DNA of 64,000 nucleotides. Origin: Andalucia godoyi And28. Lineage: Eukaryota; Protista; Jakobida. Shown one piece after another: positions 61,975 through 64,000 of this stretch. A program made the position numbers and the translations under genes. Every line of letters begins with the position of its first letter. Position 1 is the stretch's first letter. The DNA is taken from positions 140,292-204,291 of the forward strand of contig VRVR01000011.1 in the NCBI GenBank assembly GCA_009859145.1. Direction: 5' to 3'. Under the pieces are notes generated by a model, which was not told the DNA's origin, made no database searches, and saw nothing but the letters and a program-made list of their open reading frames with translations.

Positions 61975-62167
61975 CGATTTCCTTACCGTAATCTAGTCTA
62001 TAAATTTCTTTCATTCTTTCACATTTTCCCTTCTCTCTACCATCTTCTGTTTGTCTCTCATATTTATAATCGCGCCCCTCAAATAAACACAAAACATGTG
62101 ACTTGGATCTGTCTGCCGTGACAGCTTAGTCGATGATCAGTAATGAAACCATGTTTTTGGCGAGCGG
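61975..62167 (+). mobile_element. Family X element, copy X3: 193-bp ORF-less derivative
   Basis: Left end (CGATTT..CTATAAAT..) and 3' scaffold (AAAACATG..CTGTC/GACAG..CATGTTTTTGGCGAGCGG) are nearly identical to X2, with the ~180-bp ORF remnant deleted at a TCG..CCCTC microhomology. Confidence 0.75.
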
Positions 62168-62248
62168 AAAGAGGGACAGTTTCGCGGGAACGCATTTCCT
62201 ATCGCGGATGTTTTTTTAATTTTAAATAAAAAAATTAAGACGATTGTT

Positions 62249-63220
62249 TTATTGCGATCGGATATTTCGAGAGGCGAGACGGAGCGCTGCGGTGGGTACG
62301 AGTGTCGCAGCAGGACGAGGCGCAGCCATGTCTTGGACATCGACGAACTTTGCTCGAGAAGGGAATAAAATGCCGGAGGCCGCAACAGACTCGACTGATA
62401 CACGCTTTGATAGACACCGCAAAACAGAGTGAGCAGCAAGTGCACCGGAGAGGATTGCCAGGGTAAGGCCACTGACAAGACCCATAGTGACGGAGAATAT
62501 GCCGAAATCCAGAATTTCACAGACCTTCATCATTATGAACCAGCCTACTGCTGCCCACATTCGAAACTGCTCTGTGTACTTGCTGTCTCGAGACAGCATC
62601 AGGATTGCAGTAGAGACTGCGAAAAACATCTGTGTCACAAAGTACGGCTCCAGCGAATTCATACTTAGAGCGTAGAAAGACGTGGCAAAAGATGCCATAA
62701 GAAGCGGTGCAAGCATTAAAGAGCCGAATCTCGCCGATATCCTTTCGCTGATCAAAACCGAAAGGTAGCAGGACTCGCAACAGCCAAGGATGATCCGTGT
62801 CCAGCAGTACGACGCTGGCGTCGGATGGTATCCATACAGGGCAAACACAACTCCGCTGAGAAATACGCAGCCATACATCAGAATGAAAAGAACGCGCTCT
62901 TGGGAGTGTACAAACGCCCTCGACCACTCCCATTCATAGCCCGGAAACAACAAAAACCGCAAGCCCCAGAATCCAACGATCAGAAAGACAATATTCGACG
63001 TTACGTTTAGAAAATTCGGAATCAGCCACAGCGATCGGTGATCCGCAAAATTTCTTGGAAACGCAGACCATTCCTTGCCTGTGCGGAAGTCTGACGGGAA
63101 GGAAACATATGCTGCCATGACCACAACCAATAAATAGGCATAGAAGGCGCCAGAGTGCATGCGGACGGCCTTGGCGAGACCGCGTGTCACGTTGTCCAAA
63201 GTATCAGCTACCGATTCCAT
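62249..63220 (-). CDS. Ceramidase-like (CREST superfamily) membrane protein, probably catalytically degenerate
   Basis: FADHR..IPNFLNVTSNIVFLIVGFWGL, SERIS, KVCEILD..SG; about 7 TM helices. Confidence 0.75.
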   Translation of the reverse strand: MESVADTLDNVTRGLAKAVRMHSGAFYAYLLVVVMAAYVSFPSDFRTGKEWSAFPRNFADHRSLWLIPNFLNVTSNIVFLIVGFWGLRFLLFPGYEWEWSRAFVHSQERVLFILMYGCVFLSGVVFALYGYHPTPASYCWTRIILGCCESCYLSVLISERISARFGSLMLAPLLMASFATSFYALSMNSLEPYFVTQMFFAVSTAILMLSRDSKYTEQFRMWAAVGWFIMMKVCEILDFGIFSVTMGLVSGLTLAILSGALAAHSVLRCLSKRVSVESVAASGILFPSRAKFVDVQDMAAPRPAATLVPTAALRLASRNIRSQ

Positions 63221-63441
63221 GATAAAAACCGTCCAAGAAAACAAACAAAACAACAACAACAAGAAGAAGAAGAAGAAGAAGACGAAGAAGAAGAAGATGA
63301 TGATGATGATGTTGAAACAGGAACCGACGACTCTTCGGATGCAAAAAAAGGGCCCAAATTCATGAAACACACGCACACGTACACAGACGCAAAAAGGTCT
63401 GCGGCGTAGAATATATACAAGTAGAACTTCAAGGACAGCAA

Positions 63442-63924
63442 TCAAGCGACCTTCTTCTTTTTCGCGCCAATCATCTTGCTCTTGACTTCACCGTCATCGC
63501 TGTCATCTCCGTCGTCAAATTCAGGAGACGCATGCTTCGCAGGTCCTTCGCGAAGGCGTTGGAACTGAGCTGGTCGAGAAGAATTGTACATTGTCGGTCT
63601 CGCAGTCTTTGCAACACCGTTTGGGTCATTCCTCTGATTCAGCCTATCTGCTCGTCGAATGAGCTGTGACTGCACTGAATTCTTGTTCTTTTCTGAAAGG
63701 TCTCTCTTAGCTTTTTCAGCATTGGTGTTTGAAGACGCCGACCCAAAGCCAAGCCCCGCTCGTCCTTCGCCGCGATGCAGAGCGCCTCGCAAATATGCCG
63801 ATTCATCAAACGTGTCCTCGGAGGTGCCAACAGTCTCGGACTTTTCAGAGGATTTCAGCCAGGATAGCGCAACAGATCGAATCGAAGACGCTCGCACTTG
63901 AATTCCCCCAGGCTTCCCACTCAT
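63442..63924 (-). CDS. Small basic nuclear protein (DUF3245-like resemblance)
   Basis: VALSWLK, RAGLGFG, C-terminal KKKK; coding-like composition. Family guess is weak. Confidence 0.6.
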   Translation of the reverse strand: MSGKPGGIQVRASSIRSVALSWLKSSEKSETVGTSEDTFDESAYLRGALHRGEGRAGLGFGSASSNTNAEKAKRDLSEKNKNSVQSQLIRRADRLNQRNDPNGVAKTARPTMYNSSRPAQFQRLREGPAKHASPEFDDGDDSDDGEVKSKMIGAKKKKVA

Positions 63925-64000
63925 CTTACCCGCAGTTCGCTCTCCAGGCTATAGAAACACTGCTTTTCTTCTTCTTTTTCCCCCCTTCAATTTTTTTAAT

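Noticed and set aside
62125-62155. Hammerhead ribozyme or C/D snoRNA in the family X scaffold (CGATGA..TGAAAC)
   Set aside because: No CUGANGA core, GAAA is not conserved in X1 or X2, and there is no matching C/D box pair.

Overview
Gene-dense, intron-poor, roughly 50% GC eukaryotic nuclear DNA from a flagellated protist with aerobic mitochondria. It encodes DNAAF2, PDH E2, mitochondrial IF2 and SDHAF3; a jakobid such as Andalucia would fit, but that is inference only. About 30 housekeeping genes can be called: ELAPOR-like, DLAT, TASP1, CDC25, presenilin, a spliced NSL1-like gene, Spinster MFS, DNAAF2, MTIF2, NIFK, TIPRL, BolA, WD40, HUWE1, SDHAF3, MMAB, TCF25, Mei2-like, IGHMBP2, GCP5, UCH37, MED4, TMEM106-like, SETD7 and a ceramidase-like gene. 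The main discovery is in the intergenic DNA: seven short, internally deleted elements in two families. Family A has four copies (39305-39990, 49072-49370, 50029-50440, 53334-53568). Three of them keep the Fanzor/TnpB C-terminal DRDWNG motif (one with the CxxC zinc-finger half, one with the N-terminal HTH start), and the fourth keeps only the short tail after it. All four share a structured 3' scaffold with a GCCTAC/GTAGGC pseudoknot-like pairing. The scaffold ends sharply at AATGTA(G/C)GC and is followed by four different flanks, which is the layout of omegaRNA scaffold plus guide. Family X has three copies (4401-4853, 49562-49931, 61975-62167) with a TATA-containing left end, an NLS-like ORF remnant and a nested-stem 3' scaffold ending in GGCGAGCGG; it is probably a second OMEGA-type family. 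Three of the elements lie co-oriented in tandem at 49.07-50.44 kb. No intact nuclease or transposase gene is present in the window, so these look like non-autonomous, guide-only loci. All alignments and foldings were done by eye.
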